From a virus: DNA of 64,000 nt. The stretch covers positions 1 through 64,000 of the IMG/VR virus record IMGVR_UViG_3300031753_000004; one strand, given 5' to 3'. The position numbers were made by a program, and so were the translations under genes. Each line of letters begins with the position of its first letter. Position 1 is the first letter of the stretch. Positions 9,105 through 18,686 of this stretch are shown piece after piece. The notes under the pieces are model-generated. The model was not told the DNA's origin, made no database searches, and saw nothing but the letters and a program-made list of their open reading frames with translations.

Positions 9105-10268
9105 TTACGCTTGTACGGTCCCCGCTTCTTCCTGCTCGCTGCTAGCTTCTTGGCCATGTGGCACCGTTGGACTGAGGAGCTGTAGCGCGTCGTAGTCAGG
9201 TCCTCGCCACTCGGGGGCCTCGGCGTACTGGCGGCTGTTGTGCTTGTTCCCTATCGCGCTCACCGTCCCGACGTGCTGAACCAGGCTAGGAGAGTGAACC
9301 CACTCGGTGTACTCTGCTTTCTTCATGGCCTCAGATACCGCCCCGTCCAGGTTGTGGAATCTCTGCGAGCTGGCAGACATCGGCCGCTCCACCATGTGCT
9401 GATGCTTCAATAACTCGACCACCCCCTTGCGGTCGAAGACGAGACCTAGCGCCCCGCGCCCGCACTGATTGCTGGCGTACCATCCCTTATCGGGCCTGCC
9501 GTCGCGCCCGGCCAATGATTGATTCTGCCGGACGGTGTAGAGGTTCCAGTATCCCTTCTCTGGGAACTGGCAGCGGTCGAGGTACTGCCGCAGGTTCCGG
9601 TACAGCAGGATGTCATCCTGGAAGATGGCGTAGCGGTTGCAGACCGGCTCCCGGATGAACAACTCATAGAGCGCCAGTATCCAGTTGCCGTAGGCACGGA
9701 TTTGCAGGTTGCGGGTCGTGACCTCCAGCCCGAACCGCGCGGCAGCAGCTTCGGCAGTCACATGGCTAGCACCGTCAATGAATAGCCTTGGCTGGTTGAA
9801 CCCTGCCGCCCTGAGAGAGTCAAGCGTCTGATCCAAGAGGCCGTCGATGCGCTCGGGCACGGTGGTCACGCCGTAGGTCCAACTGACAGTCCTCATGTCC
9901 TTGGTCTCGTACTTGTCGCAGGTAGCGCAGCAGGGCCGCATGTCTACCCGCTTGCCAACGGTACACTCCCCGAACACCTCGCACTTCATCAGCTTCTCGC
10001 GGACGTTGCCCCGGCAGGTAGAGCAGTTGACAGTCTCGCCGGTGTACTCACCGAGGTGGACGCATGGCTGGCTACGGTCTTGAATGGGAACTGGACTTCT
10101 GCGATTCACTGGTGGCTTAGGCGTTCCATCCCAACGTGCTCGATACCTTTCGCTTAGTTCTGGTGAGCAGTTTACTCCGTGGCATAGCTCCCACAGACGG
10201 CCGACCATCGGCACGCCACCTCTTTGGCATTCTGCATTTGGAGCATCACAGTGGCAATGTTCTATCAT
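9105..10268 (-). CDS. Cys-rich N-terminal domain fused to a glycosyltransferase-like domain
   Basis: CVHLG...CSTC...CEVFGEC...CCATC followed by GVTTVPER, IFQDD, HSPSLVQHVG. Confidence 0.7.
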   Translation of the reverse strand: MIEHCHCDAPNAECQRGGVPMVGRLWELCHGVNCSPELSERYRARWDGTPKPPVNRRSPVPIQDRSQPCVHLGEYTGETVNCSTCRGNVREKLMKCEVFGECTVGKRVDMRPCCATCDKYETKDMRTVSWTYGVTTVPERIDGLLDQTLDSLRAAGFNQPRLFIDGASHVTAEAAAARFGLEVTTRNLQIRAYGNWILALYELFIREPVCNRYAIFQDDILLYRNLRQYLDRCQFPEKGYWNLYTVRQNQSLAGRDGRPDKGWYASNQCGRGALGLVFDRKGVVELLKHQHMVERPMSASSQRFHNLDGAVSEAMKKAEYTEWVHSPSLVQHVGTVSAIGNKHNSRQYAEAPEWRGPDYDALQLLSPTVPHGQEASSEQEEAGTVQA

Positions 10269-11398
10269 TCGGTCACTATGAGTTTGAATTGGCTTATCGG
10301 GTCTGTGTCAGTCGGGCAAGGCATATCGAAGAACTGGATGCTCTGTATTGGGTTGCAGAACAGAATGCTGCTTGTCTCTCTGGAAATCGATCTATCTGAA
10401 GCGCTCGCGGAGACATTACACGCCAAGTCCATCGTTATCGTGATCGTGCAACCGCAGGCAGTCATCGTCCCTGTCCAGAGTTGTGTCGAAGGGTCCCAAG
10501 TGATCGACCCTGTTTCCCCGTCGATACAGTCACACGCTGGAAAGCCGAAGCTCTCCTTGACGGCAGTCACGTTTAGATCGAGCGGGAAAAGCTCTCCAGG
10601 ACAGCAAGCTAGTATGCACTCGTCCGTTACGACTACCGTCACTGTTCCGCTGCAACACCCGGTTAGCGTGACAGGCGGGAAGGTCAGCGAGAAGTGGCTG
10701 CCAGCCCCAGTGCCTCCGCTCTCTCCGCAGGTACAACTGTCTGGAAATACTGTCTTAGTCTCGTCGCCGCAAGTCAGCGTCAGATAGTAGCCCATGCAAG
10801 ATGCGTCTGCCCCCGTCCCGGCATCCCCGCCCCCGGTGATAGTTACCTTGAAAGCCGTAGTAGTAGCCGATACCTGTTGACAGTGCTGCGTAAGTTGAAA
10901 CGGGGAGCAGGATACGGTAGTGGTTCCGAGGTTGGTTATCGAGTACCTGTCTGACGAGACTGAGAAGATACAACTAGCCTGGGAGAAGTCGAGAAACACC
11001 GCTACCGTGTCGCCGCATGGGGACAGACCTTGACCGTACATCCCCTGCCGTGTCTCGTCCCAATTAAGAGCGATACTGAACCCGTCGATGCAAAGGCAAG
11101 GACCAACAGATAAGGTCTCAGCGGCAAAGACAGCCGTCATCGTGCCCGGCTTTCCCAAGCTGGGACAGCAGGCTCGGCAGTTAATAGATATGCCTACAGT
11201 TCCGCAAGTGGTGCTATCAGTCCCAGACCAAGAACCCGAGCCGGCGCCACCTGATGTAAGTTTTATCACCTGCCCGTCCAAGCACTCGCAGCCGTCGTAC
11301 GAGCTGAGATAGGCGCAAAGCTCTGGAGCCACATGCCCGCAGCAGGAGTCTCCACTCCCACCGCAGCAAGGCAGACAGGCTCCGCTTATGGTGTTCAA
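10265..11398 (-). CDS. Cys-rich putative tail-end/fibre protein
   Basis: 377 aa with repeated CC...CxC(L/I)DG units; lies downstream of tape measure module. Confidence 0.6.
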   Translation of the reverse strand: MNTISGACLPCCGGSGDSCCGHVAPELCAYLSSYDGCECLDGQVIKLTSGGAGSGSWSGTDSTTCGTVGISINCRACCPSLGKPGTMTAVFAAETLSVGPCLCIDGFSIALNWDETRQGMYGQGLSPCGDTVAVFLDFSQASCIFSVSSDRYSITNLGTTTVSCSPFQLTQHCQQVSATTTAFKVTITGGGDAGTGADASCMGYYLTLTCGDETKTVFPDSCTCGESGGTGAGSHFSLTFPPVTLTGCCSGTVTVVVTDECILACCPGELFPLDLNVTAVKESFGFPACDCIDGETGSITWDPSTQLWTGTMTACGCTITITMDLACNVSASASDRSISRETSSILFCNPIQSIQFFDMPCPTDTDPISQFKLIVTE

Positions 11399-11895
11399 GT
11401 GATGCTCGCCAACCTACCGTCATGGTGGAAAGTGAAAGTCTTCTGGGTGAATACGCAGGTAGCCGGGTTGAAGCTGGTGAGTACCGCTTGGACTATCGGC
11501 CCGGTTCCTGTCCCAGTGCCAGGCGTGCTCTGAGGCACCCCCGCCACCACGAACTGGTTCCACTTGTCTTTAACCACCGGCACGTAGATGCTTCCGGTCA
11601 CCGAGTCCACATCCAAGTTGCAGACGTTTCTCGTCCTGTTCCCTACCTGGCTCAGTTGCTTGGTGGCGTTGTCTATCCGATAGATGTTGCAGTCGGCCGC
11701 ACCGACGGTACTCCCAACTCTTGCGGGTATCCCGCCGCTCGGTGTCAAGGCGACATAGATATCAGGCGTGAACTGGTCGCTGTCATCTGGCTCGGGACGG
11801 TTGCGGGTATTGCGGGGCTGGCTCTTAAACCAGTCCACCATCTCACGCAGCAGCCCCAGGTCGTCCTCGGAGAGTCCGTATATCTGCTCTGCCAT
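11395..11895 (-). CDS. putative tail protein
   Basis: Position in tail operon, translational coupling. Confidence 0.6.
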   Translation of the reverse strand: MAEQIYGLSEDDLGLLREMVDWFKSQPRNTRNRPEPDDSDQFTPDIYVALTPSGGIPARVGSTVGAADCNIYRIDNATKQLSQVGNRTRNVCNLDVDSVTGSIYVPVVKDKWNQFVVAGVPQSTPGTGTGTGPIVQAVLTSFNPATCVFTQKTFTFHHDGRLASIT

Positions 11896-11898
11896 GAG

Positions 11899-12381
11899 TC
11901 ACGATGGTAGGAGGTAGAGGGAGAAGCGGGCATCGCCGGAGAGAGAACGGATATACATACCGCCCGAACTGGTTGGCTGGAATCGGCACGACTCACCCGT
12001 AGCGATCGTAATACAGGCCATCTTCTCAAACCCAATCTCCAGCACCTTCGCCAGCGCCTCGCGCTTCTGCCTCTCCGTGGGATAGACCATGAAGGTTTTG
12101 AGCCCTTCCAGGTTCTTGACTATGAGCAGACTCGGCTCCTTGACCCAGCTGGACTCCGGCACTAGGGGCATCCACTCCTCCGTGGCCACCAGACTGCGAA
12201 CGTATGCCTGCTCGATGGAATCCACTTCCCTGAAGTACCGGGTATCTACGCTGGTGGGTTGCTCCCTCGGGAGCTGGTAGTAGACGGTCTCCACCACGCC
12301 TATGCGGGCCTTGAACGCCGTCGGCGGTGGCTGCTCTCTGGGCTGTCTGGGTGCCGGTGATGGGACTGGTTGACTGGACAT
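11899..12381 (-). CDS. hypothetical protein (tail region)
   Basis: AAGGAG RBS, 160 aa. Confidence 0.65.
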   Translation of the reverse strand: MSSQPVPSPAPRQPREQPPPTAFKARIGVVETVYYQLPREQPTSVDTRYFREVDSIEQAYVRSLVATEEWMPLVPESSWVKEPSLLIVKNLEGLKTFMVYPTERQKREALAKVLEIGFEKMACITIATGESCRFQPTSSGGMYIRSLSGDARFSLYLLPS

Positions 12382-12412
12382 TGCTGCTCCTTAGCCTAGA
12401 ACCGACTCCCCC

Positions 12413-12850
12413 CTACTTGTCGAAAGCCTCCACTAGCAGGTTGCACGGTGCCACATCTGCCTTGGCTGCCAGTACGGTCACTACCCTGTCTGCCGATCCT
12501 GTTCCCGTACCCGGTATCAACTCTCGGTTGATGAAGCGGGAGAGGCGGACCACCGTGCTCTCCCCAGGCAGCAACTCCAGGAACGGGTAGAACACCGCAG
12601 CGTCTTGGTCGTAGATGCCGATCATCACGAAGTTCGTCTGGTCGTAGTTCTCCATCCGTGCCCAGCCTCCCAGCGTGGCAAGGTTGGCGAGGGTGATGAC
12701 CGTTATATTCGTGGCGATGACCACCATGCCAGGCGTGGGACCGCTTGTGCCGAGGAAGTCGGCGGCGAAGGCGTTGGGCCTCGTAGGGCCGTAGCTTATG
12801 TTACCCTTGTTGATTGTCAGGCTCACCCGTACCTGTATCTCTGCCGCCAT
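12413..12850 (-). CDS. putative tail protein
   Basis: Start moved to MAAEIQ with GAGG upstream. Confidence 0.65.
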   Translation of the reverse strand: MAAEIQVRVSLTINKGNISYGPTRPNAFAADFLGTSGPTPGMVVIATNITVITLANLATLGGWARMENYDQTNFVMIGIYDQDAAVFYPFLELLPGESTVVRLSRFINRELIPGTGTGSADRVVTVLAAKADVAPCNLLVEAFDK

Positions 12851-12860
12851 GTCTGCCTCA

Positions 12861-13829
12861 CTAAAATTGGACGGGAATCCCCAATTGCAACAGATCCCCA
12901 TCCTGGTAGTACTGGACGGGTATCTTGCCTGGACCGCCTGCGAACGGGGAAGTACCGACTGGGTTGCCGAGATCGGCCGGGAGACCGTCACCGTTCAACA
13001 CGACGTTGGCCGGGTTGCCGTTGAAGTCCACGAAGCGGATGAAGTCCTTTGGGTCCTGCGAATCTGCGTCATCATCGGCCTCGTAGCCTCCATAGTTTTC
13101 GTCGGCTAGATCAGTAATCCACTGCCCGCGCAGAACCTTAGTGCCCTCGTCCAACAGTTCCCGGTCGAACCCGTCCGCCTTGAGATCGAAGGTGAAATTT
13201 CGCTCGTAGTAGACGAAGCACGTCCCGTAGAACTTCCGCTCCCAACTGAAGTCGCTGAGCTTTATGCACCTAGCATCCAGACCCCAAAGCGGGTAGGCGT
13301 TGACGGTGTCCCGCAGACCCTCGCAGGTGGCCAGGTCGAGGTTGGGCACGTTCTGACTTATCTTGATCTGCCCCCGGTTCTTGTCGAACTCAGCCTTGGG
13401 TCCGTGAAATAGCTCGAAGGCCGAGTTCGTGATCGGGTTGCCGTCCTTGTCGTATACCACCTCTTCCTGGTAACGAACCGAGCTGCCGCTGACTCTCTGC
13501 GGGGTCAGGAGCGGGTCGGATATCTCCTGCTCGGGGCAGAACTTCCACCACGGTTGCGTCGTGAATGTGTTCGTCACCTCGAACTGGGTGTTGCGCTCAT
13601 CATCCACCGCTGGGACTACTTCCATGTCGAACTTGCAGAAAGCGTAGATGTCGATGTCCTGCGCGTAGAACCAGAAGTTTCCGGGGATGGGCAAGCCAGG
13701 AGTCTGCATGACGTTGGCCGGGCCGTCGAAGGTATCGCACTGCACTTTCTGCGTGAGCTTGTAGGTGCGGTGGCCTATCTCGCTCCGAGTAGCGGACCAC
13801 TTCGCCGGGCCTAGAAGTATGCAGGTCAC
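12861..13829 (-). CDS. putative distal tail/hub protein
   Basis: First gene after tape measure, GTGA coupling. Confidence 0.6.
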   Translation of the reverse strand: MTCILLGPAKWSATRSEIGHRTYKLTQKVQCDTFDGPANVMQTPGLPIPGNFWFYAQDIDIYAFCKFDMEVVPAVDDERNTQFEVTNTFTTQPWWKFCPEQEISDPLLTPQRVSGSSVRYQEEVVYDKDGNPITNSAFELFHGPKAEFDKNRGQIKISQNVPNLDLATCEGLRDTVNAYPLWGLDARCIKLSDFSWERKFYGTCFVYYERNFTFDLKADGFDRELLDEGTKVLRGQWITDLADENYGGYEADDDADSQDPKDFIRFVDFNGNPANVVLNGDGLPADLGNPVGTSPFAGGPGKIPVQYYQDGDLLQLGIPVQF

Positions 13830-15862
13830 GCGATGCTCCCGCTCAGGTTGGCAGTGGCTAGAACTATGCTGGGACCACCGCCCTTGTTTGCTGCCATAGC
13901 TGTGTTGGTGGCGATCTTGTTGAGGACTGCTACCTGAGTCTCCGAGGCATCCTCTATCGCCTCTGCTGCTGGGTCCTTCTGCCCTCCAGCACTTTGGGTC
14001 TCGGTCTTCTTGGCCGGGGCGTTGAAACTAGCCGCATACTCTTGGATATGGGTAAGCGCCTCGCTGGAGCCGAACAGGGCGGCGTCTACCTTCTTCATGC
14101 CTTCATGGACACCCTTGCCGAATGCCCCCCCGAGGATGCCACCAGTATCGCTCCACTTCTTCTCGCCCTCCTTCTTCTCCTTCTCGCTTGGCACTACGCC
14201 ACCACCTTTGCCTAACTCCTCCTCCTTTCGCTTGCGGAACGCATCGAAGCTTTCTCTCAGCTCTCCACCCAGGTCGGCGTACTGCTTCTTGAGCTGCTTG
14301 GTGTACTCGCTTTCTCCTTCTCCACCCATTCTCTTCATCGTGTTCTCAAACGCATCACTGAAAGCTATAGCTACCCTAGTGCCGATGTCCTGCCATTCCC
14401 CCTCTCCACCGAAGAGTATTTTGATATTGTTCCAAGTCGCTAACGCGCCGGCGTAGAGTGCAGCCCAGTATCCAACGACAAAGGACCAGTATTTATTCCA
14501 AGCGGTTGTCATCAAATCAATAACTTGCGAGGTCCATATGCCTATCTGCGTCCAGGCTACCTGTGCCGTCAACTTGAGGTTCTTGAAGCCGAACTCGATG
14601 GCCCATAGTGCCAGTAGTACATCCGACTTGATCTTGGACCAATTGACCGAGGCGGAGAGTCCTATGCTGTCCCATGTCTCCTTCGCTGTCGTCTTGATGG
14701 CCTCCCACACGTCCTTCAGCCAATCCCAGAATGCGGAGGCAGCTTCCTTGATGGCAACCCATGCAGCCGATCCCACCTGCCCTATCTCATCCGCTATTGG
14801 AGCGAACCACTCCCAGAACTCGCCAGCCTTCTCCTTCACGTAGTCCCAAGCGGCTAACCCCACTTCCTTTATCTTGTTCCAGACTGCTGTCATCCCCCCT
14901 AGGCGGTTGACTAGTAGAGCTATCGCTCCCACCGCTACTCCGATCACGGCTCCCCAACCACTGAAGGCCATGAGCACAGGAGTAATAACCGTCTTGACTA
15001 TAGCCAGCGTCGGCCCGAGCCCGTGGAGACCTAGGAGTAGAGCTGGGAGGCCAAGAGTCACTACCTTCGTTACCTTGTCCAGCGAGCCGAACCAGTCCAC
15101 CGCCATCTTGAGTCCGGTGACTACCGGGTTGAAGACCGTCGCCACGGCACCACCAAGATCGATGAAGAGTGCGTGGAAAGAGTGTTTTAGGTGCTCGATC
15201 TTGCCGACGCTGCTCTCTGTCTCTGCCTCAGCCACCTTCAGCCCACTGGCGATGAGGTGTTGCGCCTTGGCCACCAGCTCCGACTCGTCCTTGATCCCAC
15301 GGAGTCCAGGTATTCTCCTCAGCAATTGGACATTACCCTGCTCCAGCGCTGCCGTTACCCGGATGTAGGTGCGAGACAGCTCCTCATTTCCCTTGGCTAG
15401 CCCGATGGCGTTCTTCACTACCCTCTCCGCTGCGTCTCCGCTGAAGCCCATCACCTCGGCCTGCTCCAGCATGGACCGGGTAGCCCCCTTGGTGACTAGG
15501 CTGTGCTCGGCCACCTCCTTGCCGAACTCCTTGTAGCGGGCTAGCAGTGGCTCTACTGCGTGGCCGTTAGACTCTATGGCAGCGGTCAGCCGTATGGTGC
15601 TCTTCTCGAACTCTCCAAAGGCTCCGAACGCCTCCTTGAACCACTCGCCAGCCCCAAGCAACTCCAGCGCTCCGAGAGCGGAGTGAGCGAACCCCTTCAG
15701 GCTGTTGGAGTGCCCATCGATTTGATGGGCCGCCTCCTCCACTTGGTGGGCAGAATGCTGCGTCTCGGTCACGGCGTCGGTGAGCATCTTCTGATACTCA
15801 GACCCGTCGCCGAGGAGCCGGACCACGATGGCCTCAAGTTCTGTCTCTGCCCCGCCAGCCAT
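13826..15862 (-). CDS. tail tape measure protein
   Basis: N-terminal LEAIVVRLLGDGSEY; Ala/Gly-rich helical body with periodic Trp; follows chaperone genes. Confidence 0.9.
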   Translation of the reverse strand: MAGGAETELEAIVVRLLGDGSEYQKMLTDAVTETQHSAHQVEEAAHQIDGHSNSLKGFAHSALGALELLGAGEWFKEAFGAFGEFEKSTIRLTAAIESNGHAVEPLLARYKEFGKEVAEHSLVTKGATRSMLEQAEVMGFSGDAAERVVKNAIGLAKGNEELSRTYIRVTAALEQGNVQLLRRIPGLRGIKDESELVAKAQHLIASGLKVAEAETESSVGKIEHLKHSFHALFIDLGGAVATVFNPVVTGLKMAVDWFGSLDKVTKVVTLGLPALLLGLHGLGPTLAIVKTVITPVLMAFSGWGAVIGVAVGAIALLVNRLGGMTAVWNKIKEVGLAAWDYVKEKAGEFWEWFAPIADEIGQVGSAAWVAIKEAASAFWDWLKDVWEAIKTTAKETWDSIGLSASVNWSKIKSDVLLALWAIEFGFKNLKLTAQVAWTQIGIWTSQVIDLMTTAWNKYWSFVVGYWAALYAGALATWNNIKILFGGEGEWQDIGTRVAIAFSDAFENTMKRMGGEGESEYTKQLKKQYADLGGELRESFDAFRKRKEEELGKGGGVVPSEKEKKEGEKKWSDTGGILGGAFGKGVHEGMKKVDAALFGSSEALTHIQEYAASFNAPAKKTETQSAGGQKDPAAEAIEDASETQVAVLNKIATNTAMAANKGGGPSIVLATANLSGSIA

Positions 15863-15994
15863 GTCGGTTACCCTTGCCAACGGTTAGCAAGAAGCGGACA
15901 ATAACGGTGCCTTAAACCCCTTTGCCGCGCTGCGGGGGTTCGGACGACAAGCCGGCTCCCAAGGCGCGGCGCCTTGTCGAAAGGAGCAGAAATC

Positions 15995-16297
15995 ATGTCC
16001 GCAGTTCCACTCGGCACAAAACTGCATCCCGACGGACTTTTATCCCGCCTGGCAACGGGGATAGTGCTGGCGGTAGTCCTGGTAGCTCTGGGTCTGACGC
16101 TGTGCCTTCCCATCGCTCCGTTCATGATCGCGTTTGCGGTGCTGGCCATTCCGATAAGCCTCTTTCACTACTCCCGCCACGGCGATTGCCCGAGGTGCGG
16201 CAATAAAGTCTCGGTGAGAAAACGGAAGGGTGGAGTAACCTGTCGGGAATGCAAGACTAGGCTCCTGATTGTGAAGAATAGACTGTTAGCTACGTGA
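15995..16297 (+). CDS. counter-oriented membrane protein with C-terminal zinc ribbon (moron-like)
   Basis: AAGGAG RBS before ATG 15995; two hydrophobic segments then CPRC...CREC. Confidence 0.75.
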   Translation: MSAVPLGTKLHPDGLLSRLATGIVLAVVLVALGLTLCLPIAPFMIAFAVLAIPISLFHYSRHGDCPRCGNKVSVRKRKGGVTCRECKTRLLIVKNRLLAT

Positions 16298-16576
16298 TGG
16301 TTCATCGCCATTTCCCGGAGGTTCATACCCTACTGCTGGCAGCCACTTCATCTTGGCCCACAGGTCTGCCTCTTGTAACGTCTTCGGCTTCCTACGGGAC
16401 CTAGCCGCCGACCCGTACTGGCTACTCAACCTCTCCGCCTCCTGCCTCAGCCACTCGATCCAAACCATGTATTGCCGGTGGGTCAGAGGGCCGGGCCAGC
16501 CCAATAGGTCGTTCAGGCTCTTCCTCAGCTCGTGCGCTAGGCGGAGGTGTCCACCGTAGCGCTCGACGAGTTTTTT
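16286..16576 (-). CDS. C-terminal part of frameshifted tail assembly chaperone (gpGT-like)
   Basis: -1 frame after slippery site is open (KLVERYGGHLRLAHELRKSLNDLLGWPGP...) and joins ORF 16286..16504. Confidence 0.85.
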   Translation of the reverse strand, partial: KKLVERYGGHLRLAHELRKSLNDLLGWPGPLTHRQYMVWIEWLRQEAERLSSQYGSAARSRRKPKTLQEADLWAKMKWLPAVGYEPPGNGDEPSRS

Positions 16577-17019
16577 ACCCCGTCCTCGACCGTGCCGTTG
16601 TCGGCTATCTCGTTCCGCTTCTTTTGCAGCTCCCCTATCTGCCTACTGAGCGAGGTGACGGTGACCTGCTCCTCCAGCCCGCCCATTTCCTTCGCTCGCT
16701 TGGCAAGTGGCTTCACCACCCGGCTAGGCCACTTGCTGCGCAGATCCTCTAGCGATACCTGCACCTGCTTCCCCGCTGCCTCGAACACGCAATAGGAGAG
16801 GAGCAAGGAGTCGGCCTCATGGATGTTGTCCGGCACTCCCAGCGGCTTGGTGTTGGCGTCTAACTTGACTCCCTTGGTCATGGTGTTGCGGTAGGCTATG
16901 ACGCCGGCTTCGGTAGGCTCGCGGAGTATGTACTCACGCCGTTGGTGGGTGAACTTGAACTCCTGCGGGGCAAGATCGTCGAAGTTCATGTATCCGTCTG
17001 TGACTACTGCTTCTGCCAT
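16537..17019 (-). CDS. tail assembly chaperone (gpG-like)
   Basis: Between tail tube and tape measure; ends just after slippery site. Confidence 0.85.
   Translation of the reverse strand: MAEAVVTDGYMNFDDLAPQEFKFTHQRREYILREPTEAGVIAYRNTMTKGVKLDANTKPLGVPDNIHEADSLLLSYCVFEAAGKQVQVSLEDLRSKWPSRVVKPLAKRAKEMGGLEEQVTVTSLSRQIGELQKKRNEIADNGTVEDGVKNSSSATVDTSA
16570..16576 (-). promoter_or_regulatory. -1 ribosomal frameshift slippery heptamer A AAA AAC
   Basis: Minus-strand GTA AAA AAC in frame near the chaperone 3' end. Confidence 0.85.
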
Positions 17020-17052
17020 TGCTGCTCCTTAGAAATGATTCCCCCCTTATCA

Positions 17053-17544
17053 CTACGTGCCGGCTGCCGACGTGTAGAGCGGCCCGGCCTCGACGTTGTT
17101 TGCAGGATCCCAGTTTGTCGGGACTACGGTGATGGTCAAGAGTGGCATCTCCCCTTCCTTGTGCTCCGCCGGCTCCGCCTTCTGCAAGTACCCGTAGAAC
17201 GCCACGGTGTCGTTGGTCGGGAAGTGGACGGTGACCGAGTCCTCGTGGTTAATCATCGTGACCAGATTGGTCGCGCTGTTGAAGGCGTCCGGATCGTAGG
17301 CGGCCGTCACCTTGATCGGGGTCAAGGTCTTTAGCTTCCTTGCCCGCATGGTGCGCCAGAGGATGTTGAGCATGGTCGTGTTGTTGATCGGCTCACCGCC
17401 GTCTATTCCGGGTGGCTGGGTCGTCACCTCCCAGAACTGGATAGCCGCGTTTGCGGCAAAGGCGATGGTCGTCGGGAACCCGTCCGGCATCTTCCCACTG
17501 GCAGGGCTAGGCAGGGACCGGGCAGTGATGGTTGGTGCTGCCAT
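17053..17544 (-). CDS. major tail tube protein
   Basis: PPGIDGGEPINNTTM...TPIKVTAAYDP...VHFP...FYGYL; strong RBS; synteny. Confidence 0.85.
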   Translation of the reverse strand: MAAPTITARSLPSPASGKMPDGFPTTIAFAANAAIQFWEVTTQPPGIDGGEPINNTTMLNILWRTMRARKLKTLTPIKVTAAYDPDAFNSATNLVTMINHEDSVTVHFPTNDTVAFYGYLQKAEPAEHKEGEMPLLTITVVPTNWDPANNVEAGPLYTSAAGT

Positions 17545-17566
17545 TCTTCTCTCCTCTGTTCCTCGG

Positions 17567-18013
17567 TTACGATACCTCTCTCAGCGCTACAGTTCCGTTT
17601 AGCGTGAACAAGAATCTCTTGGTTCCGGGCTGCCTCCCCAGCGGTATCACGTTGCCCTTGAGACAGCAGTTGTATATGAGGTAAGTGCTGGCATCTATTA
17701 CCACGGTGGCGACGTGTACGTGCTTGGCCAGCTGGTCGGCTATGGACCGGATCTTCTTGAACCCGATCTTTGAGTCCGTCGCCCTCACCCGCACCTGGAA
17801 TCCCTCGTGCTCCATGTACTCACCGTCCAGCATCGACCGAGCGTCTATGTTCCCAAGTTCGTTGTAGACCGTGATCGTGTCGTCCGGGCTCGAAGGCTCC
17901 GCGTCTGCCTGTACCTGCCACGGAGCACCGCTGCCGGTGGCTACACCCTGGCCAAGAGCTATGAGCAGCCGGGCAATGATATCGGCCGGGGAGTGTAGTA
18001 GCAGTCCTGCCAT
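17567..18013 (-). CDS. tail terminator/minor capsid-type neck protein
   Basis: EPSSPDDTITVY...EHEGFQVRVRA...FTLN; directly upstream of tail tube. Confidence 0.75.
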   Translation of the reverse strand: MAGLLLHSPADIIARLLIALGQGVATGSGAPWQVQADAEPSSPDDTITVYNELGNIDARSMLDGEYMEHEGFQVRVRATDSKIGFKKIRSIADQLAKHVHVATVVIDASTYLIYNCCLKGNVIPLGRQPGTKRFLFTLNGTVALREVS

Positions 18014-18015
18014 CT

Positions 18016-18234
18016 CTAGTCTTCTCGTAGGTCAAGCATAGTGCGAGTGCTTTTCTTAACCCTCAAGTCGTCTGGTCGCTCCTGATTATGCTTCCGTCTT
18101 AATGCTTCCAACTCATTCCTATCTTCCTCTCGCATAGCACTCTCCATGCGGGTGAAATCATGAAGAAATACCAGGAGCCAAGTACTGATAGACCCTGCTA
18201 TGAACCACACTAGATCCTTGAGTATCGGGTCCAT
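18016..18234 (-). CDS. small membrane protein
   Basis: MDPILKDLVWFIAGSISTWLLVFL hydrophobic N-terminus. Confidence 0.55.
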   Translation of the reverse strand: MDPILKDLVWFIAGSISTWLLVFLHDFTRMESAMREEDRNELEALRRKHNQERPDDLRVKKSTRTMLDLRED

Positions 18235-18236
18235 CT

Positions 18237-18683
18237 CTACTGTCCCTGCGGCGGCATGCGCGTGGGGTTGGTGGTCACGCTCCAGTTGCAGTAGCCAACC
18301 TTGCCGCCCACGGTGGTTACTATCACCTGGAATAGATACGTGCGCCCTCCCCGTATCGTGATCCCCGCCGGTACGTCCCAACGGAAGTTGAACCCCGTCC
18401 TGTCGCCCCCATAGGCCGGATCGTTCGTGCTGGTCTGGAGCGTATCGAACATCGTGGCAGCCGGGGTGAGAACCGGAGCCGGCACATCTACCAGTTGGTT
18501 CGGGATGTCGTTCGTGCTGGCAATGCTCAACACCATCGTCGCCACATCCGCCTTCTTAAGTGCATACCCCTCGCCCGGATTGCCTGCTGTGCCTGTGCCG
18601 TCTCGGGAGGTGATGCGCCCGTAGAGGGTACAGCTTCCCCCTTGGTCGCAGCTACCAGACACGACAAAGCTCTTGCTCGCCAT
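18237..18683 (-). CDS. putative virion structural protein
   Basis: Beta-rich ORF in structural operon. Confidence 0.55.
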   Translation of the reverse strand: MASKSFVVSGSCDQGGSCTLYGRITSRDGTGTAGNPGEGYALKKADVATMVLSIASTNDIPNQLVDVPAPVLTPAATMFDTLQTSTNDPAYGGDRTGFNFRWDVPAGITIRGGRTYLFQVIVTTVGGKVGYCNWSVTTNPTRMPPQGQ

Positions 18684-18686
18684 CCA

